A stretch of 40,170 nucleotides of DNA from a virus (IMGVR_UViG_3300045988_166694:1-40170), one strand, 5' to 3'; shown: positions 27,560 to 35,425, numbered from the stretch's first letter. Numbers and translations are program-made. Notes: generated by a model not told the origin, from the letters alone.

Positions 27560-27610
27560 CTGGTCGAGTTGTTTTTATATAGCAACACTGATTATTGTTT
27601 TGTCAATATA
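27560..27610 (-). promoter_or_regulatory. Putative σA-type promoter for the minus-strand island (ATTGACA ... TGCTATATA, read on the minus strand). A hairpin plus T-run lies just upstream.
   Basis: Read directly on the minus strand upstream of the ATG at 27508. Confidence 0.4.
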
Positions 27611-27754
27611 AAAAAGCACCAGCAACGAGATATGAAGCTTGAGGACAACATGACCGACGCTGGTGCTTATGTCATTATAGTAGCGCAGATCGCCCAGTAG
27701 GTCAATACGAGTTATCCACAGTTTATGTTTTTATTACATCGTTATTATAGTGCT

Positions 27755-27817
27755 TAAGTCTTGCTATTCTGAAAGTGCTTTGTTATTATAACAATGTCAT
27801 TAATAAAGGAGGACAAC
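27755..27817 (+). promoter_or_regulatory. Early promoter-leader cassette P2: TTGCTA, 17 bp, TATTAT, then AACAATGTCATT leader, AAGGAGGACAAC and the ATG.
   Basis: Member of the four-copy cassette family. Confidence 0.55.
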
Positions 27818-28453
27818 ATGACGGACAACGAAAAAACTAGTGTAGAAAACGACGTGATCGATTTTTACGCCAATCACCCTGAAGCGAAGGTGATCAATGC
27901 TTACGTTACCAAGCAAGAAGTTCTGAAGAAGAATGATATTGTGAGTAAGTTTTTAAGTAATTGCGAAAGTTACACAGAAGAAGACGAGCTGCTGAGCAGC
28001 ATATTTAATCAACTTAATCACGAGCGTATCGCTGTATCTGTTTGGCGTAAGCGAACAGGTTTTTCGATTGAAGGCAAAGCTATCGAGAAGATGATCGCTT
28101 ACCTAGTGGATGGCGAGTTGTCTATGAAAAGTGATGTTGACAATGTTATGAAAGAAGGCGTAAAAGAACTGCTGTCTGATAAGACTAGGCTTTCTTCAAT
28201 CTGTTGGTTGGCACTTTCAGATGTCAAAGAAACGCTTGGCGATGTGAAAAATAAGAAAGTATTTAACGAGTTTGTAAATAGCAGAGCGACTTATTGGCTA
28301 CTAAAAGGCTTCTTTGCGCTTGAACACGACGATACTGCCCCAACATCTGATCCGCAGGCTTTTCCGGAAGAGACGGTTGTCGATACTAGCTTGTTGCCGG
28401 CAGTAGCAGACTTTTTAGGCGAGAAAAGGAGGCTAGCTGAAGAGAATAAGTAA
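27818..28453 (+). CDS. Early protein (211 aa) of unknown function. The start is trimmed to the ATG that follows 'AAGGAGGACAAC'.
   Basis: The conserved ribosome-binding site and start context used by the other cassettes. Confidence 0.55.
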   Translation: MTDNEKTSVENDVIDFYANHPEAKVINAYVTKQEVLKKNDIVSKFLSNCESYTEEDELLSSIFNQLNHERIAVSVWRKRTGFSIEGKAIEKMIAYLVDGELSMKSDVDNVMKEGVKELLSDKTRLSSICWLALSDVKETLGDVKNKKVFNEFVNSRATYWLLKGFFALEHDDTAPTSDPQAFPEETVVDTSLLPAVADFLGEKRRLAEENK

Positions 28454-28537
28454 CTATTTTTAGTAAAAGATTATACCCTCTTGCAAAAAGAGGGTATAAT
28501 CTAGTTTAGCAGTTAGTTAAAACTAAAGGAGGTTATT

Positions 28538-28855
28538 ATGACTGCAGATAACAACACACCTGGTTTTATTGTACCAGATGTAGGTGAGAAATCAAGGTTT
28601 CATGTTGACACTTTCGACTCTACTATTCTTTATGACAACAGTATGACCAGTAACCAGAAGATAGTTTACTTCTACTACTGTCAGCACGACCAGATTAGCG
28701 AGACGGCTGAACAGGTCGCTAGCTTTCTTTATTTAGGCGTTAGCACTGTAAAAGAGGCGTGGCGTCGGCTTGAGGAGGATGGCTATCTACAATTGATTGA
28801 GAAGAAAGGGCGAGTGCGTACGTACGTCGCCATTTTTAAGTGTGGGCTATGGTAA
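28538..28855 (+). CDS. Winged-helix DNA-binding protein (105 aa).
   Basis: Ribosome-binding site 'AAAGGAGG'. The segment 'VSTVKEAWRRLEEDGYLQLIEK' is typical of a winged-helix recognition helix and wing. Confidence 0.5.
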   Translation: MTADNNTPGFIVPDVGEKSRFHVDTFDSTILYDNSMTSNQKIVYFYYCQHDQISETAEQVASFLYLGVSTVKEAWRRLEEDGYLQLIEKKGRVRTYVAIFKCGLW

Positions 28856-28871
28856 ACGACAAGGAGGGGAT

Positions 28872-29750
28872 ATGTCAAGTCAAAATAAGCAAAACTATCT
28901 ATTAACGCCACAATCGCTTTTTGCGTGTGATAAGTTCAGCTTAGCTGAGAAGGTGGTATTAGCTAGGGCGATGAGTTTCGGTAATCATCGCTATTACGAG
29001 TCGGTCGAGAAGACAGCATCGTTCTTGGGTATAAGCGAGTCGGTAGTTGAAAAGGCGAGGGCTAAGTTTATTAAGCTAGGCTACTTTAAGAAGGTCGGCT
29101 ATAGCAACAATAGGGTAGTCTATGAAGTATGCGACGACATTATCGAGAAAGATTGTCAAGTGAGAAGAATTACAAAAAATGACATTTCTTTTTGCCCAGA
29201 ACAATCGCAAAATATGCAACCAACAATCGCAGAATATGCGATTTCTCAAAATGATACATATATATATAATAATAAAGAAGATAATAAAGATATAACCCCC
29301 CTAAACCCCCCCATGGGGGGTTGTGTGGCTCAAAAAGTTAAAAATGATGAAAAAGAAGAGGTTGACAATATCTTCAATTTATGGCTTAGCTGTTTTGGGC
29401 TTTCAGGGCGTAAATTGACGCCAGGCAGGACGGTGAAAATAAAACGCCGTCTGAAGGATTGCGGTAAAGAACAACTAGAGCTGGCTATCCGTAACGCTAG
29501 TCAGGACTACTTCTACCGTGGTGATAACGACCGGGGCTGGCAGGCGGACATCGACTACATCTGTCGTTCAGCCGAGATTGTTGAGCGATTGGCGAACATG
29601 ACGCCGAGAGTCGAAAGAAAGATGAGTTGGTGGGAGCAAAAGCAGAAAGAAGAAGACGAGGAGCGGGAAGAGAGAGTTAAACATCCGAAATATGACGAAT
29701 TTGGTAGAGAAGCAAGGAGCGATGAAGCAGGGAACTTGGTCTATGTTTAG
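28872..29750 (+). CDS. Replication initiator or replisome-organiser protein (292 aa): N-terminal winged helix and a C-terminal phage replication-protein domain. An origin is embedded in the coding sequence.
   Basis: Ribosome-binding site 'AAGGAGGGGAT'. N-terminal 'SLAEKVVLARAMSF...KTASFLGISESVVEKARAKFIKLGYF'. C-terminal 'FNLWLSCFG...RRLKDCGKEQLELAIRNAS'. Iterons, an AT-rich stretch and a GC palindrome lie inside the gene. Confidence 0.5.
   Translation: MSSQNKQNYLLTPQSLFACDKFSLAEKVVLARAMSFGNHRYYESVEKTASFLGISESVVEKARAKFIKLGYFKKVGYSNNRVVYEVCDDIIEKDCQVRRITKNDISFCPEQSQNMQPTIAEYAISQNDTYIYNNKEDNKDITPLNPPMGGCVAQKVKNDEKEEVDNIFNLWLSCFGLSGRKLTPGRTVKIKRRLKDCGKEQLELAIRNASQDYFYRGDNDRGWQADIDYICRSAEIVERLANMTPRVERKMSWWEQKQKEEDEEREERVKHPKYDEFGREARSDEAGNLVYV
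29199..29325. other. Putative origin of replication. It consists of two 17-bp direct repeats (ACAATCGCA[A/G]AATATGC, 22-bp period), an AT-rich tract ATACATATATATATAATAATAAAGAAGATAATAAAGATATAA, and a C7-CATG-G6 palindrome.
   Basis: Read directly from the sequence. Embedded in the initiator gene, as in lambda O and many lactic-acid-bacteria phages. Confidence 0.5.
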
Positions 29751-29771
29751 CGGGAAAGAAGAGGAGGTTTT

Positions 29772-30062
29772 ATGAGAATGAGGTCAGATCCGCCGATGAG
29801 ATATGACAGCGAGGCTAAAGAGTGGTGTGTTTTGTGGGAATGGCGAAAGAAGTTTGTCAGAAAACGTGATCAGAACAACGCTTTTATCAAGGGTGATAGT
29901 TGGTTTAAGTTAGCAGAGATGAACGGCGGTAATTGGTGGGCGTGGCAAGCAGTGCCTGAGATCAGAAATGGGCAGATATTTTATCCTGAAAACTCAGAGC
30001 CCGTGAATAGCTATGACGAGATCAAGCTGGATCGGATGCTGGCTCAGCGTCAAGGATTTTAG
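29772..30062 (+). CDS. Hypothetical Trp-rich protein (96 aa).
   Basis: Ribosome-binding site 'AGAGGAGG'. Confidence 0.45.
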   Translation: MRMRSDPPMRYDSEAKEWCVLWEWRKKFVRKRDQNNAFIKGDSWFKLAEMNGGNWWAWQAVPEIRNGQIFYPENSEPVNSYDEIKLDRMLAQRQGF

Positions 30063-30109
30063 TTATCCACATTACGTTGTAAATAAAGTTATGATCGCAT
30101 AAACATACT

Positions 30110-30171
30110 GCTTGACTTTATCAAAGCACTATGAGATACTAATAATGTCAATAAGCGAAAAGGAGGACAAC
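30110..30171 (+). promoter_or_regulatory. Early promoter-leader cassette P3: TTGACT, 17 bp, GATACT, then AATAATGTCAA leader, AAGGAGGACAAC and the ATG.
   Basis: Member of the four-copy cassette family. Confidence 0.6.
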
Positions 30172-30414
30172 ATGAACGACGACAACGGTAATGAGATCGA
30201 GGGGCTAGCAGTAGCCTATGACGGCTGTCACAAGATTTATATCTGTGAGACTGAGGCGGATATCAAGAAGATGAAAGAGCTGCACTATCAGATCCACGAC
30301 ATGAACGAGTTGCAAGATATTTACAATAACTCTTGTAGTCTGAGGTTTATCAACAGCGCAGATCTGAAGAAGTGTTTTGTGACACAAAGATTGGATGACG
30401 ACGATGAGTACTAA
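30172..30414 (+). CDS. Small acidic protein (80 aa) directly upstream of recT. Possible host-nuclease inhibitor, by analogy with lambda Gam.
   Basis: The start is set at the ATG after the conserved ribosome-binding site. The functional suggestion rests on the Asp/Glu-rich composition and the position only. Confidence 0.45.
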   Translation: MNDDNGNEIEGLAVAYDGCHKIYICETEADIKKMKELHYQIHDMNELQDIYNNSCSLRFINSADLKKCFVTQRLDDDDEY

Positions 30415-31315
30415 CAACAACGCAATCGTGCCTCTTGACAAGTACTTACGTCAAAACGCAATTCAGCAACGCTTGTTGGAGAGGCTGTCTGAAAATGAAA
30501 TGAGGAGCTTTGCTGCTGAACTGATGGACGTCTATAAAAGCAATCCGCTACTACAGAAGTGCTCATCATCATCAGTCACGTCAGCTGGTCTGATCGCCAA
30601 TACGATCGGGCTACCACTGAATAGCAACCTTGGCTTAGCCTATCTGATCCCATACTGGAAAAGTAGCATTAAAAGATATAGATGTCAGTTCCAGATCGGT
30701 TATAAGGGGCTAATCCAGCTGGCTTTGGCGTCGGATGCTTATTCACGAGTGAACGTCAGCGACGTTAAAGAAGGCGAGCTGGTTAGCAGGGATCGGCTAA
30801 CAGGTGAGTTTGATTTTGACTGGGAGATGGATGAGATTGCACGTGAAAAGTTAAAGACGATTGGCTATGTAGCTTTCTTCAGACTGAACAATGGTTTTGA
30901 GAAAATGTTATACATGACTAACGAGCAACTACATGCTCACGCTAAGAAGTTTTCAAAAAGCTTTTCAGGTGAACATCCCGAGAGAAGTCTCTGGCATACT
31001 GATTTTGAGTCGATGGCGAAGAAAACTGTATTGAAGCTTTTGCTGAGTAAGTTTGGACCGATATCACCAAAACTGTCGATGGCTATCCGAGATGATCAGA
31101 AAGTTGACGGCAAGTACGTCGACAACCCAGCTAACGATCATGAGGGTGCTGATTTTCAAGCTAAGCGATCTGAGATGAAAAATAACCTAAAGAAAGAGGA
31201 GGTTAGGAAGACTGATCACATAGAAGAAGCAGAGATTGTTACTGATGAGAGTCAGATATCTGAAGAAGAACTAGAGTCGATATTTAACAGTTGCGAAGGA
31301 GGATACAGTGGTTAA
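30395..31315 (+). CDS. recT: RecT-family single-strand annealing recombinase (306 aa).
   Basis: 'AYLIPY' matches E. coli RecT 'AYLLPF'. 'QIGYKGLIQLA' matches 'IIGYRGMIDLA'. 'MAKKTVLKLLLSKFGPIS' matches 'MAKKTAIRRLFKYLPVS'. Confidence 0.85.
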   Translation: MTTMSTNNNAIVPLDKYLRQNAIQQRLLERLSENEMRSFAAELMDVYKSNPLLQKCSSSSVTSAGLIANTIGLPLNSNLGLAYLIPYWKSSIKRYRCQFQIGYKGLIQLALASDAYSRVNVSDVKEGELVSRDRLTGEFDFDWEMDEIAREKLKTIGYVAFFRLNNGFEKMLYMTNEQLHAHAKKFSKSFSGEHPERSLWHTDFESMAKKTVLKLLLSKFGPISPKLSMAIRDDQKVDGKYVDNPANDHEGADFQAKRSEMKNNLKKEEVRKTDHIEEAEIVTDESQISEEELESIFNSCEGGYSG

Positions 31316-32282
31316 AATAATACCGATATCGCAAGATACCGAGCGTGACGCCTGGCTGGAGTTCAGGCGAGGCAAGATTACGGGGACGTCAATCGGCAAG
31401 CTTTATGAGAAGAATAGGAGTAAAGCCGCCATAGAAGAGAGCGGAGTGTTTAGTACTAAGGCTAATCTAGAGCTATATAAGGTTGTAGCAGGTCGGATAG
31501 CTGTCGGCGATGATGGCGAGCCACCCCGAGAGAGAGGAATAAGGCTTGAGCATACAGCTTGTAAATTGGCGGTAAAGAAACTTGGGCTGAAGCACGGTGA
31601 ATATAACGGCTATGTTTTTCAATCCGAAGTATCAGAATACGCCATGTCGTCACCTGACAATTTTGAACACGTCGACAACCCGACTTGGCTGATGGAGATT
31701 AAGTGTCTATCTACAGCCAGGCATCTTAAAATGATTTTTGAGGGCGAAATAGATAAAGAGTTTAGGTGGCAAGTAGCTGATAGCTTTCTGAACTGCCCAA
31801 GTGCCAAAGTACTCTACTTTGTCTTGTTTGACCCAAGAGTGGTAATTGACGAGCTAGCGTTGCACATCATCACTGTGAAGCGTGAAGATGTCGCTGATGA
31901 TATCGAGACGTTGGCTAAGGTGCGAGACCGAGCGTTGAAGCAGATTGACAACATTTTGGAACAATTGAACGATATTGCTAAGAACAAGACTAAAGAGGAG
32001 GGCTTGCTAGACGATGACGATATTAAGGCGATTGGAGCTGATGACGGGATCAGACAATATTACCCGGAAGAGGAAGGCGAGGCGTGTACCGATCTACCAG
32101 AGTTGCCCGTACTGCCCGAAGAACCGGATGTATCTAAGTCATTGTCTGGCGAGTTATCTGATGGAGAGAGAGGCGACGTTGAGGCAGAGGGAAAAAATAT
32201 GGCAAGCAATGCAGTCTGTAGAAAGCAACGGGCAGGCAAGAAAATTGAAGAAACGCTGGAGCGAGCTAAGGAGATATTCTGA
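31308..32282 (+). CDS. YqaJ/lambda-Exo-like exonuclease (324 aa), the partner of RecT. GTG start.
   Basis: Ribosome-binding site 'AAGGAGG' 5 nt before the GTG. N-terminal 'WLEFRRGKITGTSIGKL' fits the YqaJ 'W..R.G.ITAS' motif. Confidence 0.6.
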   Translation: MVKIIPISQDTERDAWLEFRRGKITGTSIGKLYEKNRSKAAIEESGVFSTKANLELYKVVAGRIAVGDDGEPPRERGIRLEHTACKLAVKKLGLKHGEYNGYVFQSEVSEYAMSSPDNFEHVDNPTWLMEIKCLSTARHLKMIFEGEIDKEFRWQVADSFLNCPSAKVLYFVLFDPRVVIDELALHIITVKREDVADDIETLAKVRDRALKQIDNILEQLNDIAKNKTKEEGLLDDDDIKAIGADDGIRQYYPEEEGEACTDLPELPVLPEEPDVSKSLSGELSDGERGDVEAEGKNMASNAVCRKQRAGKKIEETLERAKEIF

Positions 32283-32857
32283 TGGCAGGAACTAAAGCAG
32301 GTGCTGAGAAAGCGTCTAACACAATGAAGAAACGGTACGGCGATGATTACTATCGTCGGATCGGCAAGGTTGGCGGTCAAAATGGTCGTATGGGCGGTTT
32401 TTACGCTGACCGTGAAGTGGCTAGAAGCGCAGGTGCTAAGGGCGGTCGGATCAGCAAGCGTGGTAGCGTCAATGATAAAAATAAACGACCACTCTGGACT
32501 TTGCTAATAAATTGGCGTCGAATTGTCAAAGAGTACATTAGCGGACATGCATATGACATAGCATACGACATCATAGATACAGCTTACGGCAAGGGCGTTA
32601 GCGTGGATGATTTGTCTGATGCGCACGTTGCGGCTGAATACTCAGTCGGTGACCTGGCTGATATATATCTGGATAAGGTTATCGAAGAAGTTGACACTAC
32701 AGACGGGGCTTATGAGCCGAGTGAGCATGTTAGTAATGATCTGTACAGCATTCTTGCTCAAGCCTTATTAGACTACGTCACCGACGAAAAGCAGAGCGAT
32801 CTGTACTGGCAGGCTTATTGTGAGTTTAAGGAAGTGCAAGAGCGAGACGATGGATAA
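32282..32857 (+). CDS. KGG-repeat (YciG/general-stress-protein-like) domain protein (191 aa).
   Basis: 'YGDDYYRRIGKVGGQNG...FYADREVARSAGAKGG' resembles the YciG-type motif 'FAEDREKASEAGRKGGQ'. Paralogous to the 39640..39903 product. Confidence 0.5.
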   Translation: MAGTKAGAEKASNTMKKRYGDDYYRRIGKVGGQNGRMGGFYADREVARSAGAKGGRISKRGSVNDKNKRPLWTLLINWRRIVKEYISGHAYDIAYDIIDTAYGKGVSVDDLSDAHVAAEYSVGDLADIYLDKVIEEVDTTDGAYEPSEHVSNDLYSILAQALLDYVTDEKQSDLYWQAYCEFKEVQERDDG

Positions 32858-33191
32858 CATACGTCTGAAGGCTATAACATGCGGCGGATTGTCTGTATCC
32901 CCAAAGCGGAGCGAAAAGTTTACTCTTTATCCATGGAGTAACTTAGGCTACAAGGGACTGATAGTCGCAACAATGCCCATGAAGTCTCATTATCGTAAGG
33001 CTGATGGGCGTTGGGCTACCGACCGTCTAAGAGAACTGTCTTTGCTAAGCAGTACGCTAGCTGACAGTTATGGATATGCGATAGTCGTAGCCAGATCTGA
33101 CGAGGAGGCTAACGATATTGCAATCTCATACGCTGATGGCAAGCCTGAAGCTAGACGTCTTATCCGATATTTTCAAGGTGTTGTAGGTTAG
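32850..33191 (+). CDS. Hypothetical protein of about 113 aa. The start is moved to the internal ATG to avoid a long overlap, and is uncertain.
   Basis: ORF track entry. Confidence 0.35.
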   Translation: MDNIRLKAITCGGLSVSPKRSEKFTLYPWSNLGYKGLIVATMPMKSHYRKADGRWATDRLRELSLLSSTLADSYGYAIVVARSDEEANDIAISYADGKPEARRLIRYFQGVVG

Positions 33192-33198
33192 TCATACA

Positions 33199-33255
33199 TA
33201 TTGACTTTCTATAAGCACTATGAGACAATAATAATGTCAAAGAAAGGAGGACAAC
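33199..33255 (+). promoter_or_regulatory. Early promoter-leader cassette P4: TTGACT, 17 bp, GACAAT, then AATAATGTCAAAG leader, AAGGAGGACAAC and the ATG.
   Basis: Member of the four-copy cassette family. Confidence 0.6.
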
Positions 33256-33426
33256 ATGAACGAAGCAAGCCAGCGTAAGTATCACTGGCGCAACGGTCGA
33301 GTGATAATTGAGCGAGAGATTATCGACGACCATCACGACAAGAGCATGGTGATCGGCTTAGGGATAGTACTTTTATTGTTCTTACAGCTGGCAATACACG
33401 CTTTTGGAGCATTACTCATAGGATAA
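33256..33426 (+). CDS. Small membrane protein of about 56 aa, found by hand and absent from the track (MNEASQRKYHWRNGRVIIEREIIDDHHDKSMVIGLGIVLLLFLQLAIHAFGALLIG).
   Basis: It uses the conserved 'AAGGAGGACAACATG' start of cassette P4 and has a C-terminal transmembrane helix. Coordinates are approximate. Confidence 0.5.
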   Translation: MNEASQRKYHWRNGRVIIEREIIDDHHDKSMVIGLGIVLLLFLQLAIHAFGALLIG

Positions 33427-33429
33427 TGT

Positions 33430-33714
33430 ATGTGTAGCGGTTTTTCTAAAGAGGAGGGAATACGAGTAAAAGTACTAAGAAAGCTAGCCAGGCTATTCAA
33501 AAAGCTCAGGCTAAGCAAGCTGTCACCGGTAGTCGATTGTCTAGGTTCAAGATTTACTTTGAAGCGATTTGACGAAAAAGCTAGACAGACTAAGAGTGAG
33601 ATCGAGCGTCGCCATAAGATATTCAACGACACAAGACCTCATGATGATATCGACGACTTGATAGAAGCATTAGAGTTTGAAAACTTTATGAGGGATAAAT
33701 ATGACCATAGATAG
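33430..33714 (+). CDS. Hypothetical basic protein (94 aa).
   Basis: ORF track entry. Weak start context. Confidence 0.35.
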   Translation: MCSGFSKEEGIRVKVLRKLARLFKKLRLSKLSPVVDCLGSRFTLKRFDEKARQTKSEIERRHKIFNDTRPHDDIDDLIEALEFENFMRDKYDHR

Positions 33715-33985
33715 ACTAACGATGCACGAAATGAAGGTTAGGCGTATCACCATCGTAAGTGGATACGCCTCCATCGATAAGAGGCAAAAAGATGCTATCG
33801 ATGCTTCTGCCTCTGCCGCCGCTAGCTCCGGCAGGCTTGGCTCCGACAAGGTGTTCTATAACTTAGGACGAGCCGATGGATTTAGGCAGGACTTGGGTGC
33901 TTATTTTGACGATATGACTTGTTTAGTAGATCGGCTCTTGCGACTGCTTGACAACGAGCTGGCATCAACCGAACAGGAGAAATAA
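33701..33985 (+). CDS. Hypothetical protein (94 aa).
   Basis: ORF track entry. Small overlap with the upstream gene. Confidence 0.4.
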   Translation: MTIDRLTMHEMKVRRITIVSGYASIDKRQKDAIDASASAAASSGRLGSDKVFYNLGRADGFRQDLGAYFDDMTCLVDRLLRLLDNELASTEQEK

Positions 33986-33988
33986 GCG

Positions 33989-34363
33989 ATGGATTGCAGG
34001 ATATTGGGAAAGACCAAAGTTGTTAGCCTCGGTGATGCAAGGTTGCACGACTGGGATTTGGAAGAATTACAAAAGGACGCACCGCTTGGTGTTGCCGTGG
34101 CAGAGGTCATTTATTGGTATAAGAAGTTTGACTATGAGGGTGGCGGCACTATAGTTTATCGGGACTCTTGCGATAAATGGCACATCGACGACTTAACTCA
34201 CTGCTCATGCTATGGACCATGTCATTACGGCTTTAGCGAAATAAGCTATTCTCTTAGCGATATCAAGAAACTTCTCAAGAAGGAGGATTATTACGAGAAT
34301 GGTGGCAAAGAGATACTTAACTATTTAGAGAATGAACGACTCGTGGAGGACGGCGATGAGTGA
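33989..34363 (+). CDS. Hypothetical Cys/His-containing protein (124 aa) with the segment 'THCSCYGPCHYGF'.
   Basis: ORF track entry. Confidence 0.45.
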   Translation: MDCRILGKTKVVSLGDARLHDWDLEELQKDAPLGVAVAEVIYWYKKFDYEGGGTIVYRDSCDKWHIDDLTHCSCYGPCHYGFSEISYSLSDIKKLLKKEDYYENGGKEILNYLENERLVEDGDE

Positions 34364-34697
34364 AGAGGTTACTGCTATAACAACAGCGTGGGTAGACTTA
34401 GAACAGCTTACAAAAGCGGTTATGGCTGCCTGCGCAATGATTGAAGCGGCTGTCGAGCAATATGACGATACGGCAACGAGGTTTAACGAAGGGTTGTTGG
34501 CGTTGGGCAACGAGATGAAAACCCACGCCGGCAATATCTACACCGTAGCAATCGAGTCTAGCGATGACGTCTCGCTTACAACTAAGATTCGCATCAAGTC
34601 TGATATTGACAAGCTAGATAACCTCATCGATGCATTTAAGCAGGTTATAAAGAAACAATCTAATAACAAGAAAGGAGTAGATGATGAAGAGCAGTAA
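34356..34697 (+). CDS. Hypothetical helical protein of about 113 aa. The start is trimmed to 'MSEEVT'.
   Basis: 8-nt overlap with the upstream gene. Confidence 0.4.
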   Translation: MSEEVTAITTAWVDLEQLTKAVMAACAMIEAAVEQYDDTATRFNEGLLALGNEMKTHAGNIYTVAIESSDDVSLTTKIRIKSDIDKLDNLIDAFKQVIKKQSNNKKGVDDEEQ

Positions 34698-35274
34698 TAT
34701 GACTGTATATAGGTTGAAAGAGGATTGGGGGCCGTTTGATAAGGGAACTCAGTTCATCGACAGCAACGACGATGCGTATGCGCTGAAAGAAAACGCTAAC
34801 GTGACGGCTGAAATACCAGCAGACCTATTGGAGGTTATTGGCAAGGAGAGGTGGAAGCCACGGGAACACAGGGACTATTACTATATTGAATGCAATGGAG
34901 ACATTAGCACCACCTCATTTTATCCTGAAGTTGAGAGTGATAAAAACAGACTTGCCATTGGTAACTGCTTTAGAATAGAAGAAGATGCGCTAGAGACAGT
35001 CAAGTGGCTCAAAGCCCGCCAAAGGCTAATCGATAATGGCGCTGAGTTCATGAATGGCGTCGGCGTAGATGGCGAAGACATTGCCTACTATGGCGTTGCG
35101 TTTGACAAAATTAGAGGCAGACTACACACGATAAAGTGTTACAGCATTGGAGATGACGTTTTTGAAAAAAAGTTGTATTTTCTCAACGAGGACGTTGCCG
35201 AGAAAAGCATCAGGAACTATCGAAGCGACTGGCTAACGTATTTAGGCGTGAAGGAGGATATCGATGAAGATTGA
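34681..35274 (+). CDS. Hypothetical protein (197 aa).
   Basis: Ribosome-binding site 'AAAGGAG'. Confidence 0.5.
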   Translation: MMKSSNMTVYRLKEDWGPFDKGTQFIDSNDDAYALKENANVTAEIPADLLEVIGKERWKPREHRDYYYIECNGDISTTSFYPEVESDKNRLAIGNCFRIEEDALETVKWLKARQRLIDNGAEFMNGVGVDGEDIAYYGVAFDKIRGRLHTIKCYSIGDDVFEKKLYFLNEDVAEKSIRNYRSDWLTYLGVKEDIDED

Positions 35275-35413
35275 CAATAACGTGCCCCATTTTACTTATG
35301 AGGGTGTGTCGGTGACCCGTCTCGGCGATGCCCAATTGCGCAATAGTGACTTTCTTGAGCTGAGAAATGGTTGCCCTCTCAATCAATCGGTTACCTACGA
35401 CGCAATGTGCTGA
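35264..35413 (+). CDS. Small protein of about 49 aa, found by hand (MKIDNNVPHFTYEGVSVTRLGDAQLRNSDFLELRNGCPLNQSVTYDAMC).
   Basis: Strong ribosome-binding site 'AAGGAGGA' 7 nt upstream. Coordinates are approximate. Confidence 0.4.
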   Translation: MKIDNNVPHFTYEGVSVTRLGDAQLRNSDFLELRNGCPLNQSVTYDAMC

Positions 35414-35425
35414 GTGAGGGGGTAA

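Noticed and set aside
26984-27700. Plus-strand ORFs 26984..27460 and 27467..27700 lying antisense to the 168-aa minus-strand gene.
   Set aside because: Their products are rich in C, H, R and S and not protein-like, and they have no ribosome-binding site. The minus-strand ORF is protein-like, has a ribosome-binding site and heads the chaperonin operon. Only the last 16 codons of 27467..27700 are kept as a curiosity (see the hairpin finding).
33430-33520. An alternative frame downstream of a strong 'AAGAGGAGGG' ribosome-binding-site-like sequence at about 33448, which gives a protein-like translation (KASQAIQKAQAKQAVTGS...).
   Set aside because: There is no ATG, GTG or TTG start at a suitable distance from that ribosome-binding site, and the frame closes after about 40 codons. 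The track ORF 33430..33714 is kept at low confidence.
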